64,000 nucleotides of DNA. It comes from Lingula anatina. Its lineage: Eukaryota; Animalia; Brachiopoda. Under the pieces are notes generated by a model. It ran no database searches and had not been told where the DNA came from. It saw only the letters and a list, made by a program, of their open reading frames with translations. The stretch covers positions 13,946,587-14,010,586 of the forward strand of contig CM120648.1 in the NCBI GenBank assembly GCA_051362555.1, read 5' to 3'. Shown here piece after piece: positions 41,995-56,200 of this stretch (position 1 is the first letter of the stretch; every line of letters begins with the position of its first letter). The position numbers and the translations under genes were made by a program.

Positions 41995-44900
41995 AACAAG
42001 GCAGCAAAGCTGTCAAATTCACAAACAAAAAGCAGAAAAATATGCTGGTGCACAATAGTTTGTTTTTGTCCATTCTAATGCAATATAAAAGTTTGCCAAA
42101 AACTTAGGTATTTACTGTCTTACATACATTCTTTTGGATGACAGTTAAATCTTCAGTGTTCCGCCACTCAATTAGATAACATTTACACAAATCATCCTGC
42201 AGGTGACGTCATAATTGCAATTTTGGGGTACAAATGGAATAAAAATCAGTTCCTCAAGTTTCTCCTTTACCCAAGCACCCATAAACACTGTTCTAACTCC
42301 AATTTAATTACACCATTTAGTACTCCAAAATCTTGCTAGAAATTTTTTTTTAAGCCTAAGTTCAGATTTTATCATTGACAAAGCAAAATAAGCCTTTGTT
42401 AAATAACAAGGCAGCAAAGCTGTCAAATGTACAGACAAAAAACAGGAAATAACTATGCACAAAATAGGCTACTGTCAATTCTGATGCAAAATTTTAATGA
42501 CTGAATCTGACAAACTGCAATGATATGAGTTTATTTCCATTTTTGAAACTTTATTACACAATACACGATAACAAGTTTACCATCATTTTTACATAATCAA
42601 TTAATAATGTTGTAAAGATGCAGGAAATGCCAAACAAACACTTTTACGTATCTTATTGATTAAATAATGAAACTGTTAACATGCCTAAGAAATGAATCTG
42701 AGGAAATGTGAAAAAATGGCATTTCTTTGAAATAATGGCCCGATTAAGCTGATTTTTGAACTCAACCTGCGTTTTAGCAGGAATGACCACTCCTGTGAGT
42801 TTCATGACAATTGGCCCATCTGTTTTTCTTATATTGTATTTACTGTGTTGCATATATGCTGAAAAGTGAAGAAAAAAGCATAACTACTAAAACAGTGGCC
42901 CGATCATGCCGATTTTCGAACCTGACCTGCGTTATAATAAGATCGATTACTCCTGTGAGTTTCATGACAACAGGCCTATCAGTTTTCCTTGAAATGTGTT
43001 TACAGTGTTGCATATATGCTGAAAAGTTAAAAAACAGCATAACTTCCCTTAAAATGGCCCGATCATGCTGATTTTCGAACTTGACCTGCGTTTTATGAAT
43101 ATTCATCAGCTCTGTAAACATACAGCCAAAAAGTAAAACTCCCTTCCACTTATCATGTTTACAATGAAAGTGCACGGCGCCAGCGCCGGCGACAATGACG
43201 GCAGATACAGGTGATGGCAATATGTACAGACACATCTGTACATATTTACTGTACTGTTTGAGAACAGTAAGTGACATTGTTTTTTTCTTAAATGGTCATC
43301 ATGGGAGCAGTGCCCAAAATAGGTTTTTTTTCAAATTTTGATGCAATATTACATAATGTTTAACAGCATAATGACCATCAATTTTAATAATAAAATATTA
43401 GTATCATGGATATTCAGAAAATGTGACTAGCAAAGGTCTTCAGGCCCATATGGAACTTCAAAGTCACAACTTGAAAATGCCAAAATGTAAACAAGACAGC
43501 ACTGTTCTGAAATGTTTTTTTTTCCCCATTTTTAACAATTTTTTAAACATAAAACAAAATTAACAGGTTATTGCCATCTTTATATGATCAACTAAGAAAA
43601 TTGATGAGATGGGAAAAATATAAATACAACAGTGTTAAATGTCCAATTTCCTCCATTCTGAGATTCTAAACATAGTGAATGATTGCATCTGACAAACTGC
43701 AATGATATGAGTTTATTTCCATTTTTGAAACTTTATTACACAATACATGATAACAAGTTTACCATCAGTTTTACATAATCAACTAATAATGTTGTAAAGA
43801 TACAGGAAATGTCAACCAAACACTTTAACATGTCTTATTAGTTAAATAATGAGACTGTTAACATGCCTAAGAATTGAACCTGAGGAAATGTGAAACAAGA
43901 CAGCACTGTTCTGACATGGGTTTATTTCCGTTTTTAACACTTTTTTAACATAAAACAAAATAAACATTTTACTGCCATTTTTTTATGACCAACTAAGAAA
44001 ATTGATGAGATGAGAAAAGTATCAATAGAACAGTGTTAAATGTCCAATTTCCTCCATTCTGAGATTCTGAACATATTGGATGATTGAATCTGACAAACTG
44101 CAATGATATGAGTTTATTTCCGTTTTTGACACTTGATTACACAATACATGATAACAAGTTTACCATCATTTTTATATAATCAACTAACAATGTTGTAAAG
44201 ATGCAGGAAATGTCAAACAAACACTTTTACGTATCTTATTACTTAAATAATAAGGCTTTTAAGATGCCTAAGAATTAAATCTGAGGAAATGTGAAAAAAC
44301 AGCATAACTTCTAAAATAATGCCCCGATTATGCTGATTTTCGAACTCAACCTGCGTTTTAGTAAGACTGACCATTCCTGTGAATTTAATGACAATTGGGC
44401 TTTCTGTTTTTCTTATATTGTGTTTACAGTGTTGCATATATGCTGAACAATGAAAAAACCGCATAACTACTAAAATAGTGGCCAGATCATGCTGATTTTC
44501 GAACTTGACCTGCGTTTTAGTAAGATTGATTACTCCTGTGAGTTTCGTGACAACAAGCCTAACGGTTTTCCTTGAAATGTGTTTACAAGGTTGCATATAT
44601 GCTGAAAAGTGAAAAAACAGCATAACTTCTACAATAATGGCCCGATCATGCTGATTTTCGAACTTGACCTGCGTTTTATGAATATTCATCAGCTCTGTAA
44701 ATATAAAGCCAAAAAGTGAAACTGCCTTCCACTTATCGTGTTTACAAGGAAAGTGCACGGCGCCGGCGACGGCATCGGCATCGGCATCACCATCGGCATC
44801 GGCGACGACAGACGCAGGTGATGGCAATATGTACAGACACATCTGTGTCTGTACATAAAAATCTGTAATTTTGGGCTCATAACTCCATAACAAAAACATT

Positions 44901-46130
44901 GAAACCAAACTATGGGAATTTTTGCAATTAAATCTTGTTCAGAGGTGAAGTTACGCCCCATACCGATTGCTATCTCACCTTGAAATAGAAAGGTGCTAAA
45001 TTGATGATAAAAGCTTTGAGTAGCCTACATATGCTTATACATAGCAACGAGAAATATAAACACCAATATTTTATATATTTCAAGGGGATTTTTTATAGTT
45101 TTAAATCAGCAAATGCATCAATATCACTGAACAATTACATGCAAGAAAAAAACTCATTTTGAGTATTTGGATGATAATAAACCCTTACAGTGTCCATAAC
45201 AGCACAATCACCACAAAGTTAAAATTAGGTATCTGGAACTAGCACAGGGCTTCAGAACCATGGGGTTTCTAAGTCATGCATAGAAAAAACCAATAAGTAA
45301 AACATACAGTACAATTTACGATGAAAAAAGGTTAAATCTGAACTTGAGTTGAACTTAAATGCTATGAATTGCTCCTATTAAATATCAGGATATCTGATGT
45401 AGCTTTCATTTATCAAGGGTATATACAGCAGAATGTAAACTTAAAAAAAGGATAACTTTTCCAAAATTGGTCCAATCAAGCTGATTTTTAATACTTGACC
45501 TGGATCTTAATAATATTTATCAGTCTTGTATGTTTGAACACAACAGATAATGAGAACAGATGTCTAGCTACACAATTATCAATTATCATTGTATGTAGAA
45601 TGGTGTATGCTGAAAAAAAAAAGCACTTTACTTTTCCAAATATCGTCAGATCAAATTGATTTTCAAACTTGGCCTGTATATTTATGAATAAACGACAATT
45701 CTCCCACACTTACCAATGGTTAATGAATCCATTCTGACATTTGAAGTTAATCCATATTTTCTAAAAATGGTTAATGAATCCATTCTGGCATACAAAGTTA
45801 GTCCATTCTTTCTAAAAGTGGAATATTATATTATTCTTCGAGTTGTTTACAATGTTTTATTATGAAATATGAATCTCATATCAGAAAATGTCTCTTTAAT
45901 GTTTATGAATCCTGTAAGTTTGAATATAATGGGCTTTCCATGTATTGTGATGTTTGCATTGCGTATCCAGTATAACATTCATTGCATTATGCTGAAAACT
46001 ACACAAAACAAAAAAACAGCATTACTTTTCCAAAAATGGTCAGATCATGCTGAATTTTGAACTCTACCTGTATTTAAGTTAGTCCTGTAAGTTTTTAAAA
46101 CAACAGGTCTAAGTTATTCCCTTAATTGTG
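41995..46130 (+). mobile_element. Cluster of Helentron-like non-autonomous (HINE-type) elements with internal ~140-175-bp tandem repeats
   Basis: 5' AACAAG.CAGCA... starts (41995, 42406, 43490, 43895); repeated GATCATGCTGATTTTCGAACTTGACCTGCGTTTT units; (CGGCAT)-like microsatellite; 3' hairpin ATGTACAGACAC-ATCT-GTGTCTGTACAT at 44829-44856. Confidence 0.65.
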
Positions 46131-46309
46131 CAAAATATTTTGTTTATGAAGAAGTGCTCAGTGGCAATGGCACACACGAACAGTATTTTATATAAAAGAA
46201 ATAGAAAATCCCCCCCCCCACAAACACACACAATCTCTCCCAGACTTTCCCCCTCCCCAGGTTACGTAAATAATGATAGTGAGCTACAAAAAGAAAACCA
46301 CTTTTAAAA

Positions 46310-46560
46310 GTTGTTGCTTATTTATGACAAGGGGTAGTGGTGAAAGAATTAAAAATGACAGTTCATCAAAGGTATGCCTGGATTAATGAGATTATCTGTT
46401 TTCCCAACCTTAACCTGGGGATGCACCTTGATTAAAGGCAGGCAACGTGATTAAAGGAGGAGAGGTAAAACAGATAAAAGTGTCAGTTGTTTCATCAAAG
46501 GGATACCTGAATGAATGAAATTACCTGTTTATCCCAACTTTACCTGGTGATACATTTTAA
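46310..46560. repeat. Dispersed repeat with an inverted copy at ~59760-60000
   Basis: TTCATCAAAGGGATACCTGAATGAATGAAATTACCTGTTTATCCCAACTTTACCTGG matches the reverse complement of 59765-59830. Confidence 0.65.
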
Positions 46561-47066
46561 TTAAAGTTCAGATGTTTATTTTATGATATTCCACACTTTA
46601 GGTGGGGGGTGGGGGGGTGGGGTGGGGTGGGATCATCTGTGTGTGTGTGTGTGTGTGTGTGTGTTTGGGGGGGGGGGGGTGGGATTGTTCTGATGTACCA
46701 ACCAGCTTAATCTGATAAACAGATTGCCTCATATTTTCTCTTAGCAAAAATTTAGCCTTCTACTGCACAGTACACTCACACTGGAGGTTCCTGCACATGC
46801 AGTGTGGCACATCTTGTACACAATGTTCTACACAATGTTGTACACTTTTCATCTTGTCAAGGGTAAATAATTTTCATTTCTTTTTTTAATTTCAACTTCC
46901 TACAGCAGGCTTTATTTATTTTGTTTTGTTTGTTTTATTTTTTATACTTTGTTTTTTTTTCAGTTTAGCCAACCTTTTGCTGTGGTTCTCATGTAAAACT
47001 ATTTACATGAGATTTGACAAACTTTAACCATTTGAAGGTCTTGCGACCAAATGATCACCAGACAAC

Positions 47067-47488
47067 TTACTTATATTTTATCAGATATTCAGGGTAGGCT
47101 TGCTCAGACTTAAATATGACAAAAATTGATGGTGCATCCTCACTATCAACACAGGAATCATATAGATCACCGTGTGGTCGTGAGGGATCTTTTGGTGGGG
47201 GGCGAACGAAATCTCTCCTCCCTCTAGTATAAGTGCCAACCAAGACTTTAGAAACTAACAACTGCTTAGAGTCAGTATAGTTATCAGAATAGCTAGCCTG
47301 ACTTGCAAAATAGCTGCCTTTTCCATAAACAGTGCCAGAACTCATCCCACTTATTCTTGGGTCAAATCCTTGCTGGCAAACTGCAGGGATGTATCTTTCC
47401 TTGGTACCATGAAACAGATAGCGCTCTTCAACTCCTCCTGGTGGCTGTTTCTTTTCCATCCACAATTTTTTCCTAAAAAATAAATAAA

Positions 47489-47537
<49 letters not shown>

Positions 47538-50252
47538 AATATGATCAATTAAAAATAGAATGATTATCAACTTCCAGAATATTTGAATAGAATCACCAAT
47601 GTGAAAATTTACAATGCAATGCGTGACATTTATGTTTAATTTGGCGTTAATTCAACATTCAGTAGTATACATATAACATACACTGCATGTAATTTAATTA
47701 ATCATATAAAGTATTATATTCAAAATTCAAAATTTTAATCAATTGCAGATTGAATTAATATCATTTCAAAAATGAAAATAAAAACTCATCTGCTTGTACA
47801 TATGATGAACCTCACTTGCAAATATTAGAAACGTGCCAAATCAATCTTTATAAGGTGGTAGGAAAAGGTAGGCCAATTTGTTCTAGCTATTTCTATTAGC
47901 AATACTATTGTGTTGAAGATTAACGTGACCTTGACCTATGACCCAGCAACATCAATACCAAATATGAGGACTGCAGACCAATTATTAATCCTTTTCTTTT
48001 TATTTTTCAGAGAAGGTCAGGTTACAGATATACCAACTAAGAGGCAAATTAACAGATCACCCGACAGGTCCAAAAGGGGGGACATTTATTGAAATGAAGT
48101 AATATAAAAAAAGTAAAATCTTTAACATCCAGACTGTTCCCGATTTTTTTACATGTTTACCTGGAATATCCATCCCAGATCTCTTGATTTTGTATTCTCT
48201 CGACTGAAGAAATTGTGTAATGTGACATGGATGAACGAAAGAGTTTTGAAACCTCTACAAACTCTCGGTGTGTTTGTGGGAGCTGCAATTTTTTCAAAAG
48301 AATAATAAAATCTATAAAAAGAGATGAGTTAAGAGTCATTAATGTATCAAATTATTAAACAATATTAAAATTAACATATGCATGTACATGAAAGGGTTGC
48401 AGTAGGATATTTATAATGAGTCACAGTAAATAATACTGATCTACTGTAACATGTGTACATATACCCATTATATACCTCCTCCTCAATGACCAATACCCAC
48501 TACTGCCTTAGTTTACTTTCAAAATTCTGCTCTTAATTTGTTGTCTAACATCCAGACAAGTTAAGCAATACTAGTACATATGGTCCAAGAAAGGAAGAAA
48601 GGTTTTCACTCACCTTTACCAGTTGATAAGAGTTACTGATCATTGGTGCCGTGGTGTCCCAGTGAGAAGGTACACCAGGTGGGGCAGTAGAGACTGCTGC
48701 TGAGGCATCACCAGGTTGCCTTCTGTCAGATGATCTGAAATATACCCACATGTGGTAATTTTGTATTATAATAATATTTATGTTCTTAGCTTGATAATGA
48801 TATGTGATTAAATTACCTTACACCTGTATATAAATTGTAATGTAATGAAGCTAGATCATGATAATAAAGATTCTAATAATAATGCCAGATGGGAAATATC
48901 TAATATTTTCTTTCGTTTTTGGCTAAAATTTACTGTAATATATGGTAACTTTTACAGTAATTAACACATCAGATGAAATGCCAGTATAAGGTTCAAGCTT
49001 TGAGATCATTAATTAGTACTTGTTAAAGTTATGGATGATCAAATGCCAATACATTTATTATAAAAAGTAGTAATATAATGTATAAACTTCTACCACATAT
49101 TACCATACACATATTTTCACATGAACATTACCAGTATTTATTCCTTCAATGGTCAAGACGAAGATCTTAACCAAAGTAATTAAGTCTCACACAGTATAAG
49201 GATTTAAAAAAAAAAACTGAAGTCTTTATTTCTTTTCATCTAAACCACCTGATAATTATAATGACTTAAAGGCATGATATATGTAACACATTTTACTGTA
49301 TTCACAACTCATTCTACAAAAAAAAGTGTTTGCAATGCAGTGCTTACTTTTGCCTTAATGCCTGTGTGAATTCCTCAGGTGAGACATAAACAGGTCTTCT
49401 GCGCACTTTTCTTTCTGTTCCAATACGGATATTTTTCTGAACCATTTTCTCAAAATCTAAAACATATTGATGTTCTGGTGTTTCAAAATCAATTTCTCCA
49501 AGTTTGTCTTCCAAGAATGCTGCTTCTATTTTCTTTGAGTCCACAGTAGATTTGAAACTAAGTGCTCCTATCAGTAGGCCTGCAACTGGAGCTGGAGTGC
49601 CCTGGAAAAGAACAATTAAAACTCAGTACCACAGACCCTTGCTATGACTACTTTTTTTTCTTGTGTTAGATCAACTTAGATGTAAATTGGGGGCTGTAAC
49701 AATAGTCTGAAGGTTCGGTTACGTACCTATACTCCCCCGCACCGATACTCCCTTGCACTGATACTCCCCCGCTTCTTTACATCCCCGCACCGATGCTCCC
49801 CTGCACCGATACTCCCCCGCTTCTTTACATCCCCGCTCCGATACTCCCCCGCACCGATACTCCCTCGCACCGATACTCCCCTGCTTCTTTACATCCCCGC
49901 ACCGATACTCCCCCGCACTGATACTCCCGCGTACCGATACTCCACAAAAACACTACTCCCCCAAGGCATAGATTCCCTTGGCTTTGTAAACCCCATTCGT
50001 AATTTACAACACTTTCTATAATGCTTTTTTTTTCAAGATGCACCACCCTCTTTGGACCAAGAATTGACTAATTTTATTCGAAATATATTGGGAAAAATAA
50101 AGAACGTTACACGAAGTCAATCTCAGACTTAATGTGCTTGACAGTACGTAGGTCTACAGCTCTTCCTTGTGATTTTTGAGAAATGTTTTTGCAAAATTAA
50201 TTTCGTTCTCCTACTGTACTCAGTAGTTACTGTATATATATTGTACGGCCTT

Positions 50253-50283
<31 letters not shown>

Positions 50284-53200
50284 TTATTATTTTTATTTTT
50301 TTATTAACTTAAGGCAAAGTTAGTTTTAATCTAAGATAACGCAGCTATGTCTTTTTTTTCAGGCAACGATGAATTCGTAAAATTATTAAGTAATAAAGAA
50401 GAAGTGCTTAAGCGCTTCGTTTTCTGTCTTTTTCCTCCAACCTTCTTTTCTGCTCTTTAAGCTTCTTTCCCTTGTCTTTTGAATCTGAATTAGATTAGAA
50501 TCTGAATTGAGCAAAATTCAAAAAGACCAAAATGTGAAGAAAAATGGGAACAAGAGTTAGGTATCAAAATAGACTGGCAACTAACGTATACCAATGCCCT
50601 GGTCAAAGTTAAAGAAATAAGATTGAAATGGTTTAATTTCAGAATAAACCACAGAATTTTGGGTACCAAAGAGTTGCTGTTTAAATACCATATGATCGAG
50701 AATCCTCTTTGTAGTTTGTGCAACAAACAGGCTGAAACGATAAAGCATCTATTTATGGACTGTGAATTAGTAAAGCTTTTCTGGACAGAGGTTGAACTAT
50801 GGTTAAGTCAAATTACAGGAAATGTCTTCAAAATACTGCCATCTGATCTCATTTTTGGAAGTAGCGATAAAGTTAAAAACCTTGTAATTCTTCATTCTAA
50901 ATTTTTTATTTTCAAAAGTACAAAATTAAATTCTAGATTGCTACTTAAATCAGAACTTAAATCTACTTTAATGAGTATAGCAAATCAAAACATATAGTTA
51001 TTGTTTCAGTTTGTCTTTTTTACTTTTTATTAATTATTAGTTTACTTCTAATTATACATGTTTATAAATCTGTATATCTTTGTTTGTATATAAATAGGGT
51101 GTGCGTGCTAGTGTGTGTGAGGTTGGGTATGTGTGAGTGTGTGCAGGAGCCTTTATTTAAATAAAAATTAAAAAATTGTGATAAAAATAGATAAGTCACT
51201 CTGGTACACTTCAAATGTTATCAATTCCTTATCAACCTGAATGTTTAACGTACCATAAAAAATTTAATTAATATAACATAGTATATTTTCTCTTTAGTGT
51301 GAGAGTGGGAGTGACTGTAGTTTTCTTTTTTGTACTACATATATGCTGTATTTGTGAAGTATTGTGTCAATAAAAAAAAAAAAAATTCAAAAATTTTGAA
51401 AATTGTTGCACAACGAAATTGTCGAGACACGAGCATGCGTTGTGAACACGCCTTTCATACTCGCAGTCCCGTCGTGTTTTCGATTTTGTTCGTTATAGAT
51501 GTGAGGGCGTGCGCCATACTCAACACGCAAAGGGCTCTTTCTCCTTCATTTCTTGCGGCGTGCATCTTGGACCAGGCAAGTCTCACTTGCAAACCAATCG
51601 CAAACTCCTTAGAAAGGGAGCAAATTACGCTTGTGGCCTCGCTGTTCGCAGATTATTCGTGGAATCTATTGCAAATGTTCAATATCCTCCGTACGTGCTG
51701 TCATACATGTGAACTCGAAATTTTGCATAAAGGACTTGTGTGGTACATGAGATTCTCCGCAAAATTTGGACTTAAACGGGTCGTAGATTTTGATCCACTT
51801 ACCTAGACTGACCCTAACCTGTATAATTAAATGGATGGTTGACTCTGTTACTCGATCCTCAGTTTCGTCAAAATTGCATAGGGGGAGTAATGATGCGGGG
51901 GAGTATCGGTGCGGGGGAGTAACGGTGCGGGGAAACAACAACGCGGGGGAGTATCAGTGTGGGGGAGTAACGGTGCGCGTATAACGGCAATTTTACAGGG
52001 GGTTTATCGATGCGGGGATCTATCGGTGTGGGGTCGTATCGATGTGCATAATGCAAAGATTTACTAAGGGGGAGTATTGGTGCGGGGGAGTAACGGTGCA
52101 GGGGAGTATCGGTGCCGGGGAGTAACGGTGCGGGGGAGTATCGGCATGACCCCGAAGGTTCAATAGTCTGAAGGTTCATTGGTCCAAGTGTTCACTATAG
52201 AACCTTTGGACCAATGAACCCTAGATTAAAAAACTGATGAAAATGTTACCATTTTTCGGACCAATGAACCTACAGACTATCGAGACGCCCCTGTAAATTG
52301 TAAATCATCTTCAGTTTTTAATTATGTACTGTACGAGACATTCAGAATATATTACTGGCACAGGACTTCAGTTCCATGGTATTTCATAGTAGCAAATTGA
52401 AATGCCAATAAGACAAAAATGAAAATTTCAAATAAAACTGCAGAACTCCAAGAAAAATTATCCATTAAAGATGCGATTAAAATTTGACTATTAATTTAGT
52501 GCCATAAATCATAACAGTGAGTTTGAGGATAAAAAAAAGTCACACTGTTATCCATAAATTGCATAAATGATGTAAAGTGTATAGTGACGCCGACCCCACT
52601 GACAGCAACATTCATGATAATGTATGTACACACTATCTGTACATAAAAAACAGTATTTATTTTCTATAATATGTATTTTCTCTAAATATGAATGAATTTG
52701 TGTCATGCATGCTATGTAATGAAGAAGTTGGTAAAATTTCAGGGAAAATTTGTTTCTTTGTTACATAAGTGTCTAAATTTCAGGGAAATTTTATTTCTTT
52801 GTTACATACGTGTCTAAGACCCCATTCCCATAGATTTTAGATCAATCTATCCCTGTGGGGAGTCTCACTAGAATTACTGTCAGCTTAGCTGGCTTAAGCG
52901 TCTGTCCCGCCCACTAAAAGCTGTAAGGGGGTAATTAACTAAGGTGCGCGCTTGGCTGACTGCAATTTAGCGTGAACCCCCAGGGCGTTAGGTTGATCTA
53001 AATCTAAATCTCTGGATCGATCTAAATCTCTGGGAATGCACCCCAAGAGGCCATTCAGAATAGAAAATCCAAGGACCCTATGGCGGACCCTACATGAAAG
53101 AAGAGCTGACTAATCTGCTGATGGTCTCCCCACCTCCACACACGCTGTCCATGCAGGGGTCTAGCTATTAAACATTGGAGATGTGATTTAATCCATTTAA

Positions 53201-56200
53201 TGGCATGTGTGGAGGCATGGAGACCATCAGCAGATTAGTTAGCTCATTTGACGGCAAAGCGGATAATACGCATGCGCAGAAAGCTCATTTTCCTGCAAAT
53301 TCAATAACGACATTTGCGATAACTGACTTCATTGGGGATGATTTTTTTTCGAAGAACCGACAAAAAATTGAAAATTGCGCCCAGGATGTCATCCATAAAA
53401 ATAAAAAAAGTGTCACCTAAGTGTCTATACTGCACCACAACATCAACCTCCTTCAGAGAGGGGAGCAATTTTAGTTCTCGGCATAGGTGTTACTAATATT
53501 TACCTTTGACACATCCTGTTCTTGTCACTAACCTGTTTTTCATATTCAGACCACTGTCCAAACTCATCCTTCCAATACCACAACCAACATGTGCTGAAGG
53601 CTCTAGAAGCTGGTGTCGCCACCTCTGAGGACAATGTGGACAGCCTACGGATCTCCAAAAGTTGGTGATCACCAGAGCTTCTGATTGTCATGGTCAAGAA
53701 GCTGACAGAGCACTGATGCCTGTAACAATATAACATAGACGATTATAAGTATGAATTTTAAAAATTAACATCAAAATTTAAAGTATCATAATGGCTAGAA
53801 TTCAAAATATTGTATCCAACCTAATGGCTGATTTTGTGATATCATTTTATTGCCTTTCACTGCATGGTTATTTGCACTTGATATTACTATGCTATCTTAA
53901 ACATGTTTCAATGTAATTGCTAGTAACAGAATATGATGTAACAAAAATCACTTAAACCACCCTATTAATATGAAGCCAAGTTTACATCTTTATGAAATAA
54001 ATAGTAAATTGATAATTATCTTGAAGAAAGAGGAAGACTACTGGGTACTGTGTATCCTGTATGACGGTTGTATATATATGTCACTTTATAATTACGTATC
54101 TGTGTTCATACCAGTCTATGTGCACCATAGTCCTATTTTTCTCCTATTTTTTTCTTGCTAGCATCACGTTTGACTGAAGAATTAAAACTAAACTTACCCC
54201 TTAAGACATATCATCACTTCAGTTTTCTGAGGATTGCAGAATTCTTTTTCCAGATGTTTTATTTGCTGTAGGTCTAGAAGATCTGCCCATTCACCACTCC
54301 CAGTTACATCCCTGCACTGCCAGTGATACGGCAACCTGAGAGGGTTGTGGAATTTTCTGAAAGAAGAAAAATGATAACTTCAGTAATTTATATCAAAGAA
54401 GTCATGGTGGCAAGAAGTAGATAGACTAACTACAAGTATATACATGTATTGTTCAATAACATACATGTTCTTGTACTTGAATACAAAGTTCATTCCAACT
54501 GAAAGAAAAAACGTCATACCAGGGGTATACAAGTGCCTTAGAGAAAAGGGTTAAAAATATGAGCATAAAGTGGGACAATATTACAAAATTTATTGTCAAC
54601 GGAAAATTTGATGTAGAAAAAGTAAGATTCGCATACTATGAGAAGAAAGATTTTTTAGATATGCATCCTATCCCTTGAGCCAACAGCATTTGGGTGTTTG
54701 ACACTCTACTGCACATGCATATTAAGCACAATATCTACTTTCATATCTCTCTAGACACCTGTGTGTGCTTGTTTGAAGATAGATCCATGTTTCTTAATGT
54801 CCCAAAATCATATTTCTATTTTTACACAAAACTACTTTTCTTTCCCAATTCAGACCTTAAAATTATAAAACCCCTCAAATAAAAGTTGGCGAAGAGTACT
54901 TGATGTCAATATTTTTTCTGAAAAGACATATTAGTGCATGAATTGGTGATGGTCGTAGGGACTGACCAGTCACTTAAAATAAATCATTAAATAAAACTGG
55001 CATAAAACATTGGATCCAGACATTTCAAACACAAAGTTGGGTTAACTGAGAGAAGGTGAGTGAGATGAAAGGATCGATCTGGTAATTTTTTTAAGGAAAA
55101 AAATGCAGTTTGGTGGAAAAGTTGCATTTAGGATATCTTTTATGTTTCTTCTCCTGATAATCAAATTTCTCCTCACACAATACAGGGGTTACTGTACCTG
55201 CATGACTGCCCATAGTTACACTTGCCACGAAGATGGAAAGTACATATTTCATCATCACCGTAGATACTAGCACAAGTACTTCCCATGGCTGCTGGCAGGT
55301 GCTGGACACTGGCCTGGTGTCTGGGACTACCTGGACCAACTGCAGAGCCTTGGTCACTTTGCCTGTACCCTGTCATGGGTGCTGGCATGTGCTGGACACT
55401 GGCCTGGAGTCTGGGACTACCTGGACCAACTACAGGACCTTGGTCACTTTGCCTGGACCCTGTCACTTTTCCTGCATCCTTTCTCTGCTTGGGTGAAGAG
55501 GACAGAGGTGGCTGACTGGATGATGATGACGTCATGCTTCCAGAATCAGACGTCATATCCATGCCTTCAAGTGCATCGCGTATTTCTGCCAGAGTTTCTT
55601 TAGGACTCCTGTTCACATTGATTCCATTCTTTTCCAACACTGCCTTCGGTTGTGGATCATAGATGTTGTGCGATCGTTTACATTTTTTACCAAAGCGACA
55701 AGATCCCAGCAAGTAGTGTTTACACACATGCAGAAATGGGCAGGAAGATGCTGAAGACTCCGCACGACACCCTTTGGCAACATTGTAAAACTTGCAAGGT
55801 TTAGGCACTGTTCTCGCACTACTGTTCATCACAGTCTTCAGTGCTCTTTCATCCAGTCCACTCAGATGGTGTTCAAACAGTGCATGCTGATTGTGATCAG
55901 TGGTCAGATCATGGCCAAAATGGCAGTTGGGGGTGAATTTACAAGTGCCATTCAAGTAATATTTACACAGATGTAAGTTGTCACAAAGTGAGTCTTGGCA
56001 AGTGGACTTTCTTGTGCAGTGTTCTGCGCAGTAATCAATGGTGGTTATCGCTTTTACAAAGTCCACTATGTTTCCTCCAAACCTTGTAGTTTCTGTTTTG
56101 AAATTATTTGGATACATTTGCAGAAAACCCCAATATTCCTCAACTGGTAAGTTTCTCAATGCTTTTCGTCTTTTCATCTCACTCTTCAAGGCACCATATT

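Larger units (their letters stand above)
49690..52291. mobile_element. MULE-like MITE with 9-bp TSD, interrupted by a nested foldback element
   Basis: TGTAAATTG flanks both sides (49681-49689, 52292-52300); imperfect TIRs GGGGC...ATAGTCTG.AGGTTC. Confidence 0.8.

Noticed and set aside
42653-44961. Repetitive ORFs up to 221 aa (KTQVKFENQHDRA repeats)
   Set aside because: Antisense translation of the tandem units of a non-autonomous repeat; frames are not preserved between copies.
49730-49960. 16-bp repeat array resembling CRISPR or iterons
   Set aside because: Mirrored in inverted orientation at 51880-52150, so it is a foldback TIR.
51330-51806. 158-aa ORF as a possible transposase of the foldback element
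   Set aside because: No DDE or zinc-finger motif recognisable and a non-ATG start; left unassigned.
55091-55197. Read-through of PARP exon 1 and the overlapping 88-aa ORF as an extra domain
   Set aside because: The donor at 55197 splices in phase and completes CCCH finger 5; the downstream sequence is intronic.
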